Notes: generated by a model from the letters alone, not told the origin. 64,000 nt of DNA from Eledone cirrhosa (GCA_964016885.1 OZ024743.1:24986001-25050000); one strand, 5' to 3'. Numbered from the stretch's first letter, positions 29,310 to 43,197 are shown. A program made the numbers and translations.

Positions 29310-30050
29310 CTATATTCTGGTATGTTTGTCGCTACCCTCACTGTATCTGTTGCGTATCAGGGTCATTCTGGAGGGAAGGGCAGAATCATAGTGCCCAAAA
29401 AGGTCTCTACTGACATCCTGCTTGTGAAATTTGGTGCATATAGATCCCCCCTCTGTGAGTCTTAGTTTAAAGTCGAGTAGAGAGGGGGATCCAGTGATGT
29501 CTGGGTGCTCATCTTCAAAGTTCACGTGTGCGTCTACGTTTTCGAAGATGTAAATCTTGATGGCTTTTCCTCGTGATGAAGTAGGCATAAAGATATCATC
29601 CACATACCCGGAGAAGAAGGAACAACAGTGACAAGTGGTGAGTGCTAAACACTCCAAATGGTCCATGTATGTGATGGCTAGTTGAGAGACTTGACTCCAT
29701 CGCAAGTGCCGAAATTTCTTTGTAGGCGGAGACTTCAAACTAGAAACAATGTTGCACATAACGATAGCTCATAGATGCCAGAAACTGGGAGCCCAAAGCA
29801 ATTGAGGGCAGAGGGCAGTAGAAGCAATGCTGTTGTCCGTAATTAAGTCGATGGCTAGAGGGAAACTACGTCTAAACTAAATGGATATTCTGTCTAAGTG
29901 TGGTGGGGTTAAGATCTTTTAGTCTGTTGATTACTTCTTGTAAGCTGTCTATGTGCCCGGGAAAAGTGTGAGGGGAGGTTTGGAGAGAAGCCAGGAAACG
30001 ACCGTTTATGCTGGAAACAATGGGTCTTATTTTAAATTGGGCCATGTTTT
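29310..30050 (-). mobile_element. degenerate Penelope-like element reverse transcriptase
   Basis: FKIRPIVSS near 30030, YVDDIF, SLLDFKL, TKFHKQ...HYDSALP: the PLE RT5-7/thumb pattern (YVDD..FLD..YRK..H..S.HP). Confidence 0.8.
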
Positions 30051-30319
30051 ATGTGTGTGGGTATGTGTGCTGATATAAATGTATAAATGATAATTTCTAA
30101 GATTATCCACAATTTTGAGTGAAATATTTTATTGGTAATTATTTTTTGTCACTGTAAAGATAAAAGGGACACTGAACCGCAACATGGTTGGGACTGCAGG
30201 TTTGTAATTACATGAGCACAGTGTATTTAACCCGATTCCTTACAAATCCTACCACCATCTATCCAATGTGTTTTGTGATGAACCATCATCAGTTCCTATT
30301 ACAATTGTACCAATTGTTT

Positions 30320-30565
30320 GAACAACGGAATAGCCTGTTTATAAAGGTAACTTGCAGCGGCTGAGCATTCCACAGACACGTGTACCTTTATCCTAATTCT
30401 TGGGGAGATTTAGCATGGCAATGTGAGTGACATGGCTGGCCCTTTCAATTACAGGTACAAATCATTTTTGCTAATTTAGTAGACTGTTGTAACATGGAAT
30501 ATAGTGTCTTGCACTTGAACAAAACGTGCCACTAGGGATCGAACCACTAACCACGCGCCTTCACA
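30320..30565 (-). mobile_element. SINE family S2, diverged
   Basis: tRNA head relic at 30530-30565; tail shared with 9830-9965. Confidence 0.65.
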
Positions 30566-31715
30566 CCAGTTCTATATACGAGAAAATGAGATATTATTAG
30601 GTACTCTGTATTATTTATTCTCTATAGAATTGCCATAATTATCTGTCCGGTGAGATCCGTTGCTTCCACTCTCTTGCAACATGATCGTTATAGTCTAGGG
30701 ACTAAATCTCTCTCCCCCTCTCCCTCTTGATCTGCTATTTATATGTTTAACTATTTTTCGCTATTTACTGCAACAACAATTCTAGTTACTTTAATGATTT
30801 TAAAACAGAAAATTGAACGAATATGTTTTATTATATTAGTACTAGCACGCCATTCTTACGATATCTGAATCTTTGAATTCAATTGTGTGATATTTCCGTA
30901 AACAGCCAATGTTGATCAATTAATATACTAATTAATTAATTAATATTTTACAGGTTCCTCTTTAATGATTGATGTTGTTTTTCATTTTTCCTTTTGATGA
31001 AGGCCTAAGTTTTTATTTTATTATAGTTAAGCCTCGTAGGTTTAAAACTTTGAATATTATACATTTGCATATAAGACGTCAACTGGCTTAACCTGTAAAT
31101 AAAATACCATACTCACAAGGTAACACATATACATTTCTATTCAAACCTGCTTATACAACCTTCATTATGCGTGTGAGAGGAGAAAAAATTCGTCCAGTCC
31201 CCCCAAATTTCCCTGAGAGAATTATCCCCCTTGATTGGTTTTTAAGGACTATCAGTTTACAATATACGACCTTTTCCGTATTGTAACGAGCTCAGTTAAC
31301 ATCCTTTAACGTCTTTTAAAAAATAAATTACAACTTAAGTCCCGTGCATACTATACACACACATCGATTAACTTACAACTTAAGTCACTCACGTATTATA
31401 CGCACACAGATCCAAAGCATATAGTGCTGCATCATTATAATTTAGGGTTTATTTTGGGAATTACACCCCTTGTTCTTAAGAACTCTCCACGAAATATGAC
31501 CATATATCGGGAAGAAATGTATTTTCCTTAAATGTTATCCTTGCGTCTGACGAGTGAGGCCAATTCTAAAACGGTTTGTGATTCCTTGTTTCTGTTCGCC
31601 TTACTGTCTTTGTAATTTACATTGTTTTTCCGTTTGTGTTTCTCCGTTCCTTCTACTCTCGATATGTTTAATGTTTTCGCGTTGCCTTCGTTTTCGTTTA
31701 TTTTCTATGTCCCTT

Positions 31716-32038
31716 TTCTTCTTCTTCTTCTTCTTCTTCTTCTTCTTCTTCTTCTTCTTCTTCTTGAGAGGGTCGTGGGGGTAGAGTCCTCAAACACACC
31801 TTCCAGCAGGTCCTGTCAGAAAAACCATCTCCAACACCAACTGATCCGGCTGTATCCCCAAGCGAGATCAGCCATAAATCTTGGGTAATAACCGAAAGTA
31901 TACGATCGCGAATACAAGCGGCCGAAATGGGGTTCTTGCGAAGGGTTTCTGGGTAATGTTACTCGATAAAGTGTGTAGCTCGGAGATCAGAAAGTCACTC
32001 CAAGTAGAGCCGCTACTTCTCCGAATTGAGAGATCACA
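31716..32038. mobile_element. short RTE insertion with 5' inversion and (GAA)n tail
   Basis: 31716-31860 is the reverse complement of the RTE 3' end (cf. 56905-57022); 31880-32038 is + strand RTE matching 56621-56779. Confidence 0.8.
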
Positions 32039-32654
32039 AAAAACTATATTAAAACAATTTAAAAAACAATAGTAATAATCATTAATCATGGTGAAAATCT
32101 AAGATATGGGTCGTAGATTCACATTCCGTAACCATGGAAGTTAACTAAAGATATTATTCAATATCCAACTGCTTGTCAAATCAAACGAAGAACAAATGTA
32201 TAAAAATTTAAATAAATAAACGTCTAGATAAAGAAAATAGAAATAGGTTAACCTGAGACAATTATAGTGATAGAATCTCCATCAGTGTCGACGATGAGCT
32301 CACAGTTGTCCGATCAATTAAACGTTCAACGCATGAAATGACCTGCAAGTGGTTGAAAATTCTAGAGACACGATTATATCTTTAACGAATTAGCATGATA
32401 CAAAATGTGACAAGGCTGGACCTTTGAATTACAGATACAATCCATCTAATGGGCTTCTACAGAGTTTACGTCTACCCAATACCACCCACAAAGCTTGGGT
32501 CCACCCGAGGCTATGGTAAAGTCTCATGATTGCGTGGCGTACTTCTTAACTATAAATCCGTACCTACACTTTTACCCTAAACCCAATCCAGATTGTCATC
32601 GGTTTTTGTATCGTTTATTAAAAAAATTTCACAAATTTCGAAAAGATATACCGG

Positions 32655-32812
32655 TTCAAATACTATATATATTTGAAATACTATATATATTTCAAATATT
32701 ATATATATTTCAAATACAATATATATTTCAAATATATATATTTCAAATATTATATATATATTTCAAATATTATATATATTTCAAATACAATATATATTTC
32801 AAATATTATTCA
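32655..32812. repeat. ~18-bp AT-rich minisatellite
   Basis: TATATATTTCAAATATTA-like units. Confidence 0.85.
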
Positions 32813-33175
32813 TATTTTTAGTTTCGATACGTTTGAGGTTTTACGTACTTTTACATTATAATTCAAAATTAATTTGGTTGAAATTGTTGAACGGATAAAT
32901 TGCAATAAGGGTAATTCTCGGCAGTTTGTCAAAGGAATCAGTTGTGGTTGACGTTTGTTGATGTTTAACCCCAGGTCAGCCCCGACCAAAAGTATGCAAG
33001 CTATGACCATCCAGTTTGTTTGATTCATTTTTTAAAGATATTTTTTACCTCATATTACATTATCCCTAAGTTATCCGAGTTACTTCGATAGAGCGAGTAT
33101 AATAACGTATCATGGCAAACTGACGCTGCGACCCATTCTCTAATATCAAATATAGCCATAGTTCCTTCTTATAAT

Positions 33176-33244
33176 TGTTTCTACTTTAGGCACAAGGCCA
33201 GCAATTACCCAGTGCATTACTGGTACTTTATTTTATCGACCGCG
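33176..33244 (-). mobile_element. 5'-truncated SINE S1 with 17-bp TSD
   Basis: TAGTTCCTTCTTATAAT at 33159-33175 and 33245-33261. Confidence 0.9.
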
Positions 33245-33814
33245 TAGTTCCTTCTTATAATGTTGTAAATAATTGCATAGAAAACATGAATATTCACTGC
33301 ACTCATTCTCTAACCACTCCACATCTTTATTATGTATCTGGACAGACATATGATCAAAATCATTCCAATTATGATCTTTTAGGTCTATATTATCTAATAT
33401 GTTCTGTACTTATAAAAAGTGAAAATGTTATGTTACAGAGATTTGGCTGCTATTTTTATTGGATCGGGCGAATATGTAGAAGCTCCTGTATATTGTGGTT
33501 AAAAATCAGTATTCCTGAGATGTGGTTGATGTTGGTGGTATTTAGACTTAAGTCAACTTTGAACAAAAAAGTCTGTTAACAAAAGCATTCCAGTCTTTTC
33601 GTATATTAGGAACTACATTGTCCAATATTTCTTTATTGTGTCTTAGGGTGGTAGGGTATGATTTGAGAGAAGTTAGGTTTCTATTTTCAGCAGGTCGAGT
33701 GACTAGGTACAGGATTTTGTCGGAGATTATCGCGAGGGGCGTAAAGCAAAATATACAACTTCCAGCATTCAGCTGAACACAGTTTCACAATGAAACAACG
33801 CGGGATCCACTACT

Positions 33815-34024
33815 GACCTCGTTGAGGGCGGCATGGCGTGAAAGGCGACCGGCACTGTAGCGACAGGAAAGCGAGTGGAGGCCGAAAGAGTCCACGGTGG
33901 ATCTCGCAGATCCGGAGGCCATCAGGGAAACGCCGATACGCAGGGTATCGTTGTCCAGCTGCGTGCCAGTGGAGAATGAGGGTAAGGCATGGAGCCAGGC
34001 ACCACTGCTTGAGTATTCGTTCTT
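33815..34024 (-). mobile_element. fragment of a CRE-clade non-LTR retrotransposon (C-terminal zinc-knuckle region)
   Basis: A frame absent from the ORF track reads [28 protein letters not shown]...[27 protein letters not shown]. Confidence 0.75.
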
Positions 34025-34589
34025 CTAGAAGTGGGAACCAAACCACTCAGAAATGTTATCTTACTATTTTAAATAAAGAAGAATTCATTGGACAATGTAC
34101 TCCCTTGTGTATAAAAAGACAAGATCGTTCCGTTTGAAACGCTATTTTTCACAGGTCTGATCGATCAGAGATGACATGTGACTAATCAATAATAGTTTCG
34201 CAAAATAGTTTCCCTTCTTAATTTAGTTAAAACCAAATTCCTTGTGAAAAAATACGAGCGACAGAAATTCACAATTTCACTTTTCTGAAACAAAGTTTTC
34301 CTAATCAAAATAAACTCATATTTATGAGATTCAAGTAAATTCCATGTTGGAGCTGTGTCACGACATTTTAAGTGTCACCGATATTCTTTAGTTATGCGGC
34401 AAATTTAGGTAAAACTTTTTGTATTAACTTTTACGGATACTTTTTGCTGTGAAATTTGACAACTTGTACGCACAACTAGAAACGTTGCTGGTGATATGTG
34501 GTTTGTGTGCAACGAAACTTCATGTTCAGAATTATTTATTTTTAAAAAGTGTGTCACCAGCATGAACACTTCGGCTACTAATGCACTTC

Positions 34590-34713
<124 letters not shown>

Positions 34714-34767
34714 ATGCTTGTATTTGTGTGTACACATACTCACATACATGTATATATACATACATAC

Positions 34768-34881
<114 letters not shown>

Positions 34882-34897
34882 GAGTTTGTGTTTGTGT

Positions 34898-34947
34898 CTA
34901 GCTGTCGAAACGGCCAGAGCTCAGCCGTCGGGGTCCTGAATATTTTC

Positions 34948-34989
<42 letters not shown>

Positions 34990-34997
34990 TAAATATA

Positions 34998-35048
<51 letters not shown>

Positions 35049-35210
35049 TATTATTAATAAATATATATATATAATGAAGGAGGTGTGGTAAGAACCAGAT
35101 GGACCATAACGCATCAGAGTACTCAATACTTAGGGTAGTAGAGTGGGTAATAGAGTGGGCAGCCGTCGAAACGGCTTGAGCTCTGCCGTCGGGGTCTTGA
35201 ACATTTTCCT
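34898..35210. mobile_element. family A fragments
   Basis: Half-HHR at 34898-34948 (+), tail at 35073-35150 (-), half-HHR at 35160-35209 (+). Confidence 0.8.
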
Positions 35211-35312
35211 ATATATATATATATATATTTATATATATTGTGTGTATGTGTGTGCCAACTTATTGAATATATTATACATATACTGAACTAATTTCAATTC
35301 ATTAAATTATAT

Positions 35313-35494
35313 TGGATTGGCAGTATCGGTAGAGGGTCGGACGCCATGCTTTCCAGCATAGTTACGTCCCTTTACGATCTGAGTTCAAATCCCGCCGAGG
35401 TTGACTTTGCCTTTCATCCTTACGGGGTCGATAAAATAAAGTACCAGTAATGCACTGGGTAATTGCTGGCCTTGTGCCTAAAGTAGAAACAATT
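35313..35494 (+). mobile_element. full-length young SINE S1 with TSD
   Basis: ATTAAATTATATTGGAT on both sides; intact A and B boxes. Confidence 0.92.
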
Positions 35495-35996
35495 AAATTA
35501 TATTGGATATCTAATTTTTACATATAATGATCTAATCTCGAGTTACATTCCTACTCCTTTCTCTCTACCTTCCTGCCTATTTAAATATCTATTATTGAAG
35601 CCAACTAGGGAAACATTAAAATAGCGGCGAAATCTTCCTGAAATCATACCTTATGCCAATGATAGCAAACCAATGGCATCCGTGTATAAAAACCTTACCT
35701 ATAAACATTTACCTAAAACTAAAATATGTCTAGTCATATAAATGCCACCTCAATAACATTGAACAAATTCAAAATTCGTTGCTCCAGGTTACTGTCACTG
35801 TCACTGCACCATTTCCTGATAAATAAATAAATAAATAAATTAATTAATAAATAAATTAATAAACCGGGAAGGTTTAGTCCTAGATATTCCTGAAAAAATT
35901 GTGATGGTCACGACTGGGATGCCATTTGACCGATTACGTTTGCCCTAGGCTACTACAACACCTATCAACTTATCCATCTCTTCATTTGTCTATATA

Positions 35997-36315
35997 CAGT
36001 GTACCCCCGGCATTCGCGGTCCCGGTTATTCGCGGAATTTTCTTTAGAACCTTGTTCGTGGAAACCACCATATATTCGCGGAATCGTAAATATCTTCCAC
36101 GATTTTTTAATGGCTTTTTTCGTGGCAATATATATTTTTTCACGCTTTTTAACGCCAAATTATTAATTACAATATATCGTATTTGCCGGCCTATATTTTA
36201 CGTTATGTTTTGACGTTTACGGGCACTTTTATGGACTTCATCGAATATTCGCGGTTTTCCACTCTTCGCAAGTGCGCTAGGAACGTAACCCCCCGCGAAT
36301 ACCGGAGGACATCTG
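35997..36315. mobile_element. MITE (pogo/Tigger-like TIRs, TA TSD)
   Basis: TA-CAGTGTACCCCCGGCATTCGCGG ... CCGCGAATACCGGAGGACATCTG-TA. Confidence 0.8.
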
Positions 36316-37466
36316 TATACGCCTTTATACCGCCACAATTATGTCTTCATTTATATACATCAGCAATCAACAGAATCATGTACCATCCCCGGAAGTGACG
36401 TGGCTCTGGGTATAGCCAATTTGTCAGAAGATTTTGTTTATTTAATTATTCAATTATTTTAATTAATTTTATTCTACACACATATACACACACACACATA
36501 CATACAGATGCAAATACACACATACACACACATACATACAGATGCAAATACACACACACACACACCTAAATCAAGCAGTCTAGTCATCGAAGAAGATTAG
36601 CTCAATCCACACACACACACACACGTACAGGCATACAATACGCACACATCCACACACACACAGACACGTACAGGCATACAATACGCACACATCCACACAG
36701 ACACGTACAGGCATTCAATACGCACACATCCGCACACACACACAGACACACACGTACAGGCATACACTACGCACACATCCACACACACACACACACATTG
36801 CCGTAAATCCTTATTTTTACTCTTCTTCTTCTTCTTCTTCTTCTTCTTCTTCTTCTTCTTCTTCTTCTTGTCCCCTCCCCCTTTTCTCTCACACCTATCA
36901 CACCTTCTCTTCATTTCTACCCTCAACCACACCCACACTCATCAACGTCACATCAATCAAACTCTTGTCAGTCATTCCCTTCTTCCCCTTCAATCATATT
37001 ATACTCTTCTTCGATTTCTCTATCACTTTTATCAGCTCCCACTGCATCCCCCTGTTTTGCTTTCTCCTTCTCTCCCCTCACTCTGTATCTCATCTCTCCT
37101 CTCCGATATTCTCGACCTCCTTCCATAGTCTGGCGTTAAACAACCACCACAGCAGCAGCAGCAGCAGTAACACATACTCAGCGTTGTATTCTTCCTTCCA
37201 CCTCTCTCCCACTACAATGACGCCCATGTTAACCACGCCTACTTCATGGCCTCATTATCATAATATTACATACACCGAGATAACCCCAGCCTTTTGCTGT
37301 TTACGAAAGGAGAGAGAGAAAAAGAAAAGAAAAACATACTTTCGACTGAATAACTCCTCCCATTTTCTCACACCGTCACATTTCCTTCCTTCCTCTTCCT
37401 CCCCCTCCCCCCCCCCTCCCCACCCCCTCCTCCTCCTCCTCCAATCTTCATCTTCTAGTCTTCTCT

Positions 37467-37510
<44 letters not shown>

Positions 37511-37994
37511 CGTCCTCTAACTTCCTACTCATGTTCTCCTTCCATTGTCTTTCATTATTTTTCTTACTACCACCTTGATGAGGCGTTTTAACAACGTTTT
37601 CATAACACACGTTCAAACGCACGCATGCAAACACAAACATACATATAAACACACGCACGTGTGATGAAAACACAGGCTCACACACACACACACGTGTACT
37701 CATACATAGAGGCATACAAACCACATACACGTACAGTCACACATGCACACATACTTCCAAACACGCACTCCGTGCACGGATTATCAGCTTCAACAACACC
37801 ACCACTTTTTATTGCTTGTCAACTCCTTCCACGGTTTGTTCAAGACATTCGACACTTGACACCTCTCATTTGCAACGTCTTCTTCATAATCTGTCAGAAA
37901 AAAACAAAACAAAACAAAAATAACAAACTTAAACATAACTGATGTTGTTGGTTTTTTATATTATAATTTGTTCAACGAAATAACAAGTAGAGAA

Positions 37995-38670
37995 AATGGT
38001 TTAGATATTTTCTGTTACGTTCTAGTTTCAAATTTCTCCAAAATTTATTTCAACTTTAATCCTTTCGGTGTCAATAAATAGAATACTAGTAAAGTACTAG
38101 GGTCGATTTAACCCCCCCCCCCCCAAAAAATGCTGACTTTGTTTAAATTAGAAACCATTATTTCGATTTGGCAGTATCGGTAGAGGGTCGGACGCCATGC
38201 TTTCCAGCATAGTTACGTCCCTTTACGATCTGAGTTCAAATCCCGCCGAGGTTGACTTTGCCTTTCATCCTTACGTGGTCGATAAAATAAGGTACCAGTA
38301 ATACACTGGGTAATTGCTGGCCTTGTGCCTAAAGTAGAAACAATTATTTCGATTGTGACTAACATAGAATTACGACCCTTTATCTTCTGAGTTCAAATCC
38401 CGCCGAGGTTACCTTTGCCTTTCATTCTTACAGGGTCGGTAAAATAAAGTACCAGTAATTGACTTTCCCCTCCCCAAAATTGCAGGCTTTGTCCCTATAT
38501 CAGAAACCATTATTTTGAGGGTGACAAATGAGAAGAATCGTTAGAACATCAGAAAATGATATGCTTCATGGGATTTATTTCATCTCATTACCTTCTGGTT
38601 TCGAATTCCGCCTTGATTAACTTTGCATTTCACCCTTTCGGGGTCATTCAAATATAGTATCAACACTTCT
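37995..38670 (+). mobile_element. cluster of about 4 SINE S1 copies, including a young copy at 38167-38345
   Basis: Repeated B boxes and bodies; TSD ATTATTTCGATT around the young copy. Confidence 0.85.
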
Positions 38671-39273
38671 TACATATCTAAATTAGAAAGTTTTATTTGC
38701 AAACTGATAGACAGGCCTGTATTAATCATTTAACAAAAAACAAGGAACCAATCTCAGTAGCAAATGTGGTTGTTAGGGTTTCGCTCAACTCTCTCGGTTT
38801 CTTAGGAGAAAGGGACACTTTACGTTGTCTCTCGCGATCCTTTTCATAGAGCAGAGTATAGAAGAAGAAGAAGAAGAAGAAGAAGAAGAAGAAGAAGAAG
38901 AGGTAATGGCTAGTCAATCTCGATAGAACTCGAACGCAGAACAGAAGCATTCTATCCGACGCTCTAACGACCGCCAATTCACTACCTTTCCAGTTGAATA
39001 TAGTGTTAACAAAATATCATATGGTATTTCATAACATTCTGTTTCATTCTGGTTTTAAATCCTACCAATATATTCTATGTTTTCCAGCCTTTGAAGGCCG
39101 TTCATATAATTATCATTTAAGTTCAGGTGTGGATGCAGCAAATTGGCAGTCAATAGAACATTCAAATCCTGATGGCTTGAAATTTACTTTGTATTCTTTC
39201 AGGGTCGATAAATAAATTACTATTCCAGTACTAGACTTGTTTCCTCCTCTATATATCTTTTTTTTTTTTAAAT

Positions 39274-39397
<124 letters not shown>

Positions 39398-39495
39398 TAT
39401 AGACATAGAATATTCGAAAATATTCTGTATGTTTATAATAAACATTTTGAAGACCTAATCGCTATAGAATAGAATACGTCACGTATTACAATTAG

Positions 39496-39584
39496 ATTCT
39501 CGATAAAAGCAAGGGAAGTAATCTACGCGTTTCATTCTCGTTAGAAATCATCAGGACTACATATCCAGTGCTTTTATCGAGAAT
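39496..39584 (-). ncRNA. type I hammerhead ribozyme, copy 1
   Basis: AUUCUCGAUAAAAGCA-cuggauau-GUAGUC-CUGAUGA-U UUCU AACG AGAA U-GAAA-CGCG-UA-GAUUAC-uucccu-UGCUUUUAUCGAGAAU. Confidence 0.9.
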
Positions 39585-39805
39585 GACACAGCTAGAGACT
39601 TATAGAATACTTAGCTGTGTACAGGAACTGGTTTGAAAGAGCGGTTGCCGGTCCGGCAGAAATTAGAAATTGGAATAAATGCTCTGAAATAGCGATATAT
39701 ATGTGAATATAGACATAGAATATTCGAAAATATTCTGTATGTTTATAATAAACATTTTGAAGACCTAATCGCTATAGAATAGAATACGTCACGTATTACA
39801 ATTAG

Positions 39806-39894
39806 ATTCTCGATAAAAGCAAGGGAAGTAATCTACGCGTTTCATTCTCGTTAGAAATCATCAGGACTACATATCCAGTGCTTTTATCGAGAAT
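39806..39894 (-). ncRNA. type I hammerhead ribozyme, copy 2
   Basis: Identical to copy 1, offset +310. Confidence 0.9.
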
Positions 39895-40115
39895 GACACA
39901 GCTAGAGACTTATAGAATACTTAGCTGTGTACAGGAACTGGTTTGAAAGAGCGGTTGCCGGTCCGGCAGAAATTAGAAATTGGAATAAATGCTCTGAAAT
40001 AGCGATATATATGTGAATATAGACATAGAATATTCGAAAATATTCTGTATGTTTATAATAAACATTTTGAAGACCTAATCGCTATAGAATAGAATACGTC
40101 ACGTATTACAATTAG

Positions 40116-40204
40116 ATTCTCGATAAAAGCAAGGGAAGTAATCTACGCGTTTCATTCTCGTTAGAAATCATCAGGACTACATATCCAGTGCTTTTATCGA
40201 GAAT
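40116..40204 (-). ncRNA. type I hammerhead ribozyme, copy 3
   Basis: Identical to copy 1, offset +620. Confidence 0.9.
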
Positions 40205-40422
40205 GACACAGCTAGAGACTTATAGAATACTTAGCTGTGTACAGGAACTGGTTTGAAAGAGCGGTTGCCGGTCCGGCAGAAATTAGAAATTGGAATAAAT
40301 GCTCTGAAATAGCGATATATATGTGCATATAGACATAGAATATTCGAAAATATTCTGTATGTTTATAATAAACATTTTGAAGACCTAATCGCTATAGAAT
40401 AGAATACGTCACGTATTACAAT

Positions 40423-40488
<66 letters not shown>

Positions 40489-41252
40489 AAGAAAGTGAGA
40501 TGGTAGAAATCGGCTATGATCAAACCTGTAGAGGTATGGTTTCCACTAGGTTTACATGCTCATGAAACGTCGTATGTCACGACGGCAGCCCTACTTTTCC
40601 AACACAAGGCCAAGGCCATGACATAGAAGTTCATATGTCAATATCATCCACGTTTCCCACTCCACAACCTCTTCATCGTTTGTGACCTTAAGCCAATGTA
40701 TCATTATTATCCCGCCGAAGTTAACTTTGCCTTTCATCCTTACGGGGGTCGATAAAATAAAACACCAAGTAATGCACAGGGATAATTGCTGGCCTTGTGC
40801 CAAAAGTAGAAACAATTATTTTATTCTGCAATATTATCAGCTGCATGATGCTCAGGTTTTGCATATATTTTTCTCATTTGTAACAACGACGTCTGATAAT
40901 TATCTACCAAATATTGAATTTTTTTTATAATTCTTTTATTAATGTACAGGTTCTAGTCATTTGACTGAGACTATACTGGGGCACCATCTTCAATGTTAGA
41001 GCTTCTCGCAGATATTGAAAATTATCAACTGTCTCAGTTAACTAACAACCCCAATTCTGAATTGTTGTTAAAAGAAGTCATTGAAAAATCAAATGAATTC
41101 ATTTACTATAAATTTCTGAAATGCAAGTCTAATGTTTTTTTCTCCCGACAACATATAAATGTTAACAATAAAGAAATGAGTTTTAAATATGTTCTTTTTG
41201 TTCTATTTCATTGGTTGCTGCCCGTTTTTTTTTTTCTTTATCTGACTTGATT

Positions 41253-41292
<40 letters not shown>

Positions 41293-41502
41293 GTGTGTGC
41301 GTGCGAGAGAGAGAGAGACAGAGGGGGGAGCGAACGTAGGAAGTTTAAATGGTAGTAGTTCTCGTTGGGCCTTCCATCAAACCTGATCAAGCACACCTAT
41401 AATAGTTTTTGTCTAATGACCTCTGATAAACAGGCGAAACTCCAGAGTAAAAGACTCACTGTTTAGCCTTAATAAAATGAAATATATACATACATACATG
41501 GA

Positions 41503-41613
<111 letters not shown>

Positions 41614-41754
41614 AATGAATAATAACGGGTAGACATCATAAAAAGGTAATTTATTCCGTGTGCTTACAAGTGTTTCCACGGTGGTACTGCAGCCTAGTTA
41701 CGCTACGTGCAAATTCACAAGTACTTGCAGAACTCGAATATCCAATGCTGTGAC

Positions 41755-41817
<63 letters not shown>

Positions 41818-41941
41818 AATGTAATCTGAGTTTTTCGAATAATAATATTCGATTCGTTTGCAGTTATGCAAACAGCCTCTTTTAAGCCATGTCAGTAGAA
41901 TCAGCCCCTCATTCTAGCTCATGTGTTGGCATGTAAATAGA

Positions 41942-41988
41942 ACTGTAGACACTAATGTTTCTGGGTGATTACCCTTCATCAGTGCAGT
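41942..41988 (-). ncRNA. type I hammerhead ribozyme at a probable PLE 3' end
   Basis: ACUGCA-CUGAUGA-A GGGU AAUC ACCC A-GAAA-CAUUAGUG-UC-UACAGU; tail runs into (TA)n at about 41810. Confidence 0.8.
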
Positions 41989-42402
41989 ATGTATCTACTT
42001 TCTAGGGTAGGGCCATTAACGGATGTAGTGCATAAGTACTAATTCCAAAGAGATCAATTGATGAGAGTTCTTGATATTGTAGTAGGTTTTCAATATAAAG
42101 GATATAGTTGAAAATTAAAATGACCTACAGCTTCATATGTTTGTGTTGAAGATGAGATTTGCGCAAACCCGAGTTTTTGTGGTTGTCGCCCATTCATATC
42201 AGTCAGCCTTCACTTTTGTGCAAGGTAAAGACCAAGGTCGATACTGAGAAGCAACAGTGACATCGCAACTCATTTCTACAGCTGAGTGAACTGGAGCAAC
42301 CTGAAATAAAGTGTCTGGGATTATAACTCACAGCCTCACGATTGCGGATCCAACTATCTAACCACTAAACCACGAATCTTCGTCTCTCACATTCTCTTTC
42401 TC

Positions 42403-42470
<68 letters not shown>

Positions 42471-42523
42471 TATATATATATGCATATCAAAGTTATACAT
42501 ATATATATAAATATATATATATA

Positions 42524-42572
42524 TTTATTAAAATAACAGATTAAAGTTTAAGCAAAGAATCGCTGCTTTCAC

Positions 42573-42577
<5 letters not shown>
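42524..42577 (-). mobile_element. family D 3' end, truncated in loop II of its hammerhead-like fold
   Basis: Identical to 62795-62848; embedded in (TA)n. Confidence 0.85.
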
Positions 42578-42620
<43 letters not shown>

Positions 42621-42622
42621 TG

Positions 42623-42673
42623 AGATTCTAAAGGACTAGAACTGTTTCATTCTTTAGAAATCATCAGGAATCT
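42623..42673 (-). ncRNA. hammerhead ribozyme, family E
   Basis: AGAUUC-CUGAUGA-U UUC UAAA GAA U-GAAA-CAG UUCUAGUC CUU-UA-GAAUCU; the other copies have CUG, which restores stem III. Confidence 0.75.
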
Positions 42674-42746
42674 TAAAACTTTTATACTCTGCAATGTATT
42701 GAGTACCTTACTTACTGTGGTTACCTCCGATTCAACCCGGAATAAC

Positions 42747-42801
<55 letters not shown>

Positions 42802-42843
42802 TATGCATATAAACATACATATGTGTATATATATATTTATGTG

Positions 42844-42953
<110 letters not shown>

Positions 42954-43079
42954 CATATATACATTCATATACATAAATACATATATATATATACATATAT
43001 GTGTATGTATGTATATATATATATGTGTGTGTGTGTGTATATATATATATACATCTACATATATATATACATATATATG

Positions 43080-43156
<77 letters not shown>

Positions 43157-43197
43157 CATATATATGTATATATATATGTAGATGTATATATATATAT

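Noticed and set aside
31057-31092. Minus-strand acceptor followed by VKPVDVLYANV-stop (ITIM-like)
   Set aside because: Too short to distinguish from chance; no upstream exons identified.
33799-33907. 12-bp closing stem with GAAA motifs suggesting a structured RNA or ribozyme
   Set aside because: No CUGANGA core; the region is better explained as GC-rich CRE retrotransposon coding sequence on the other strand.
35313-35395. tRNA gene (A and B boxes)
   Set aside because: No cloverleaf; it continues into a multi-copy SINE body with a TSD.
40993-41250. 85-aa ORF with protein-like start
   Set aside because: Begins directly after a SINE-like relic and has no supporting splice structure or recognisable domain.
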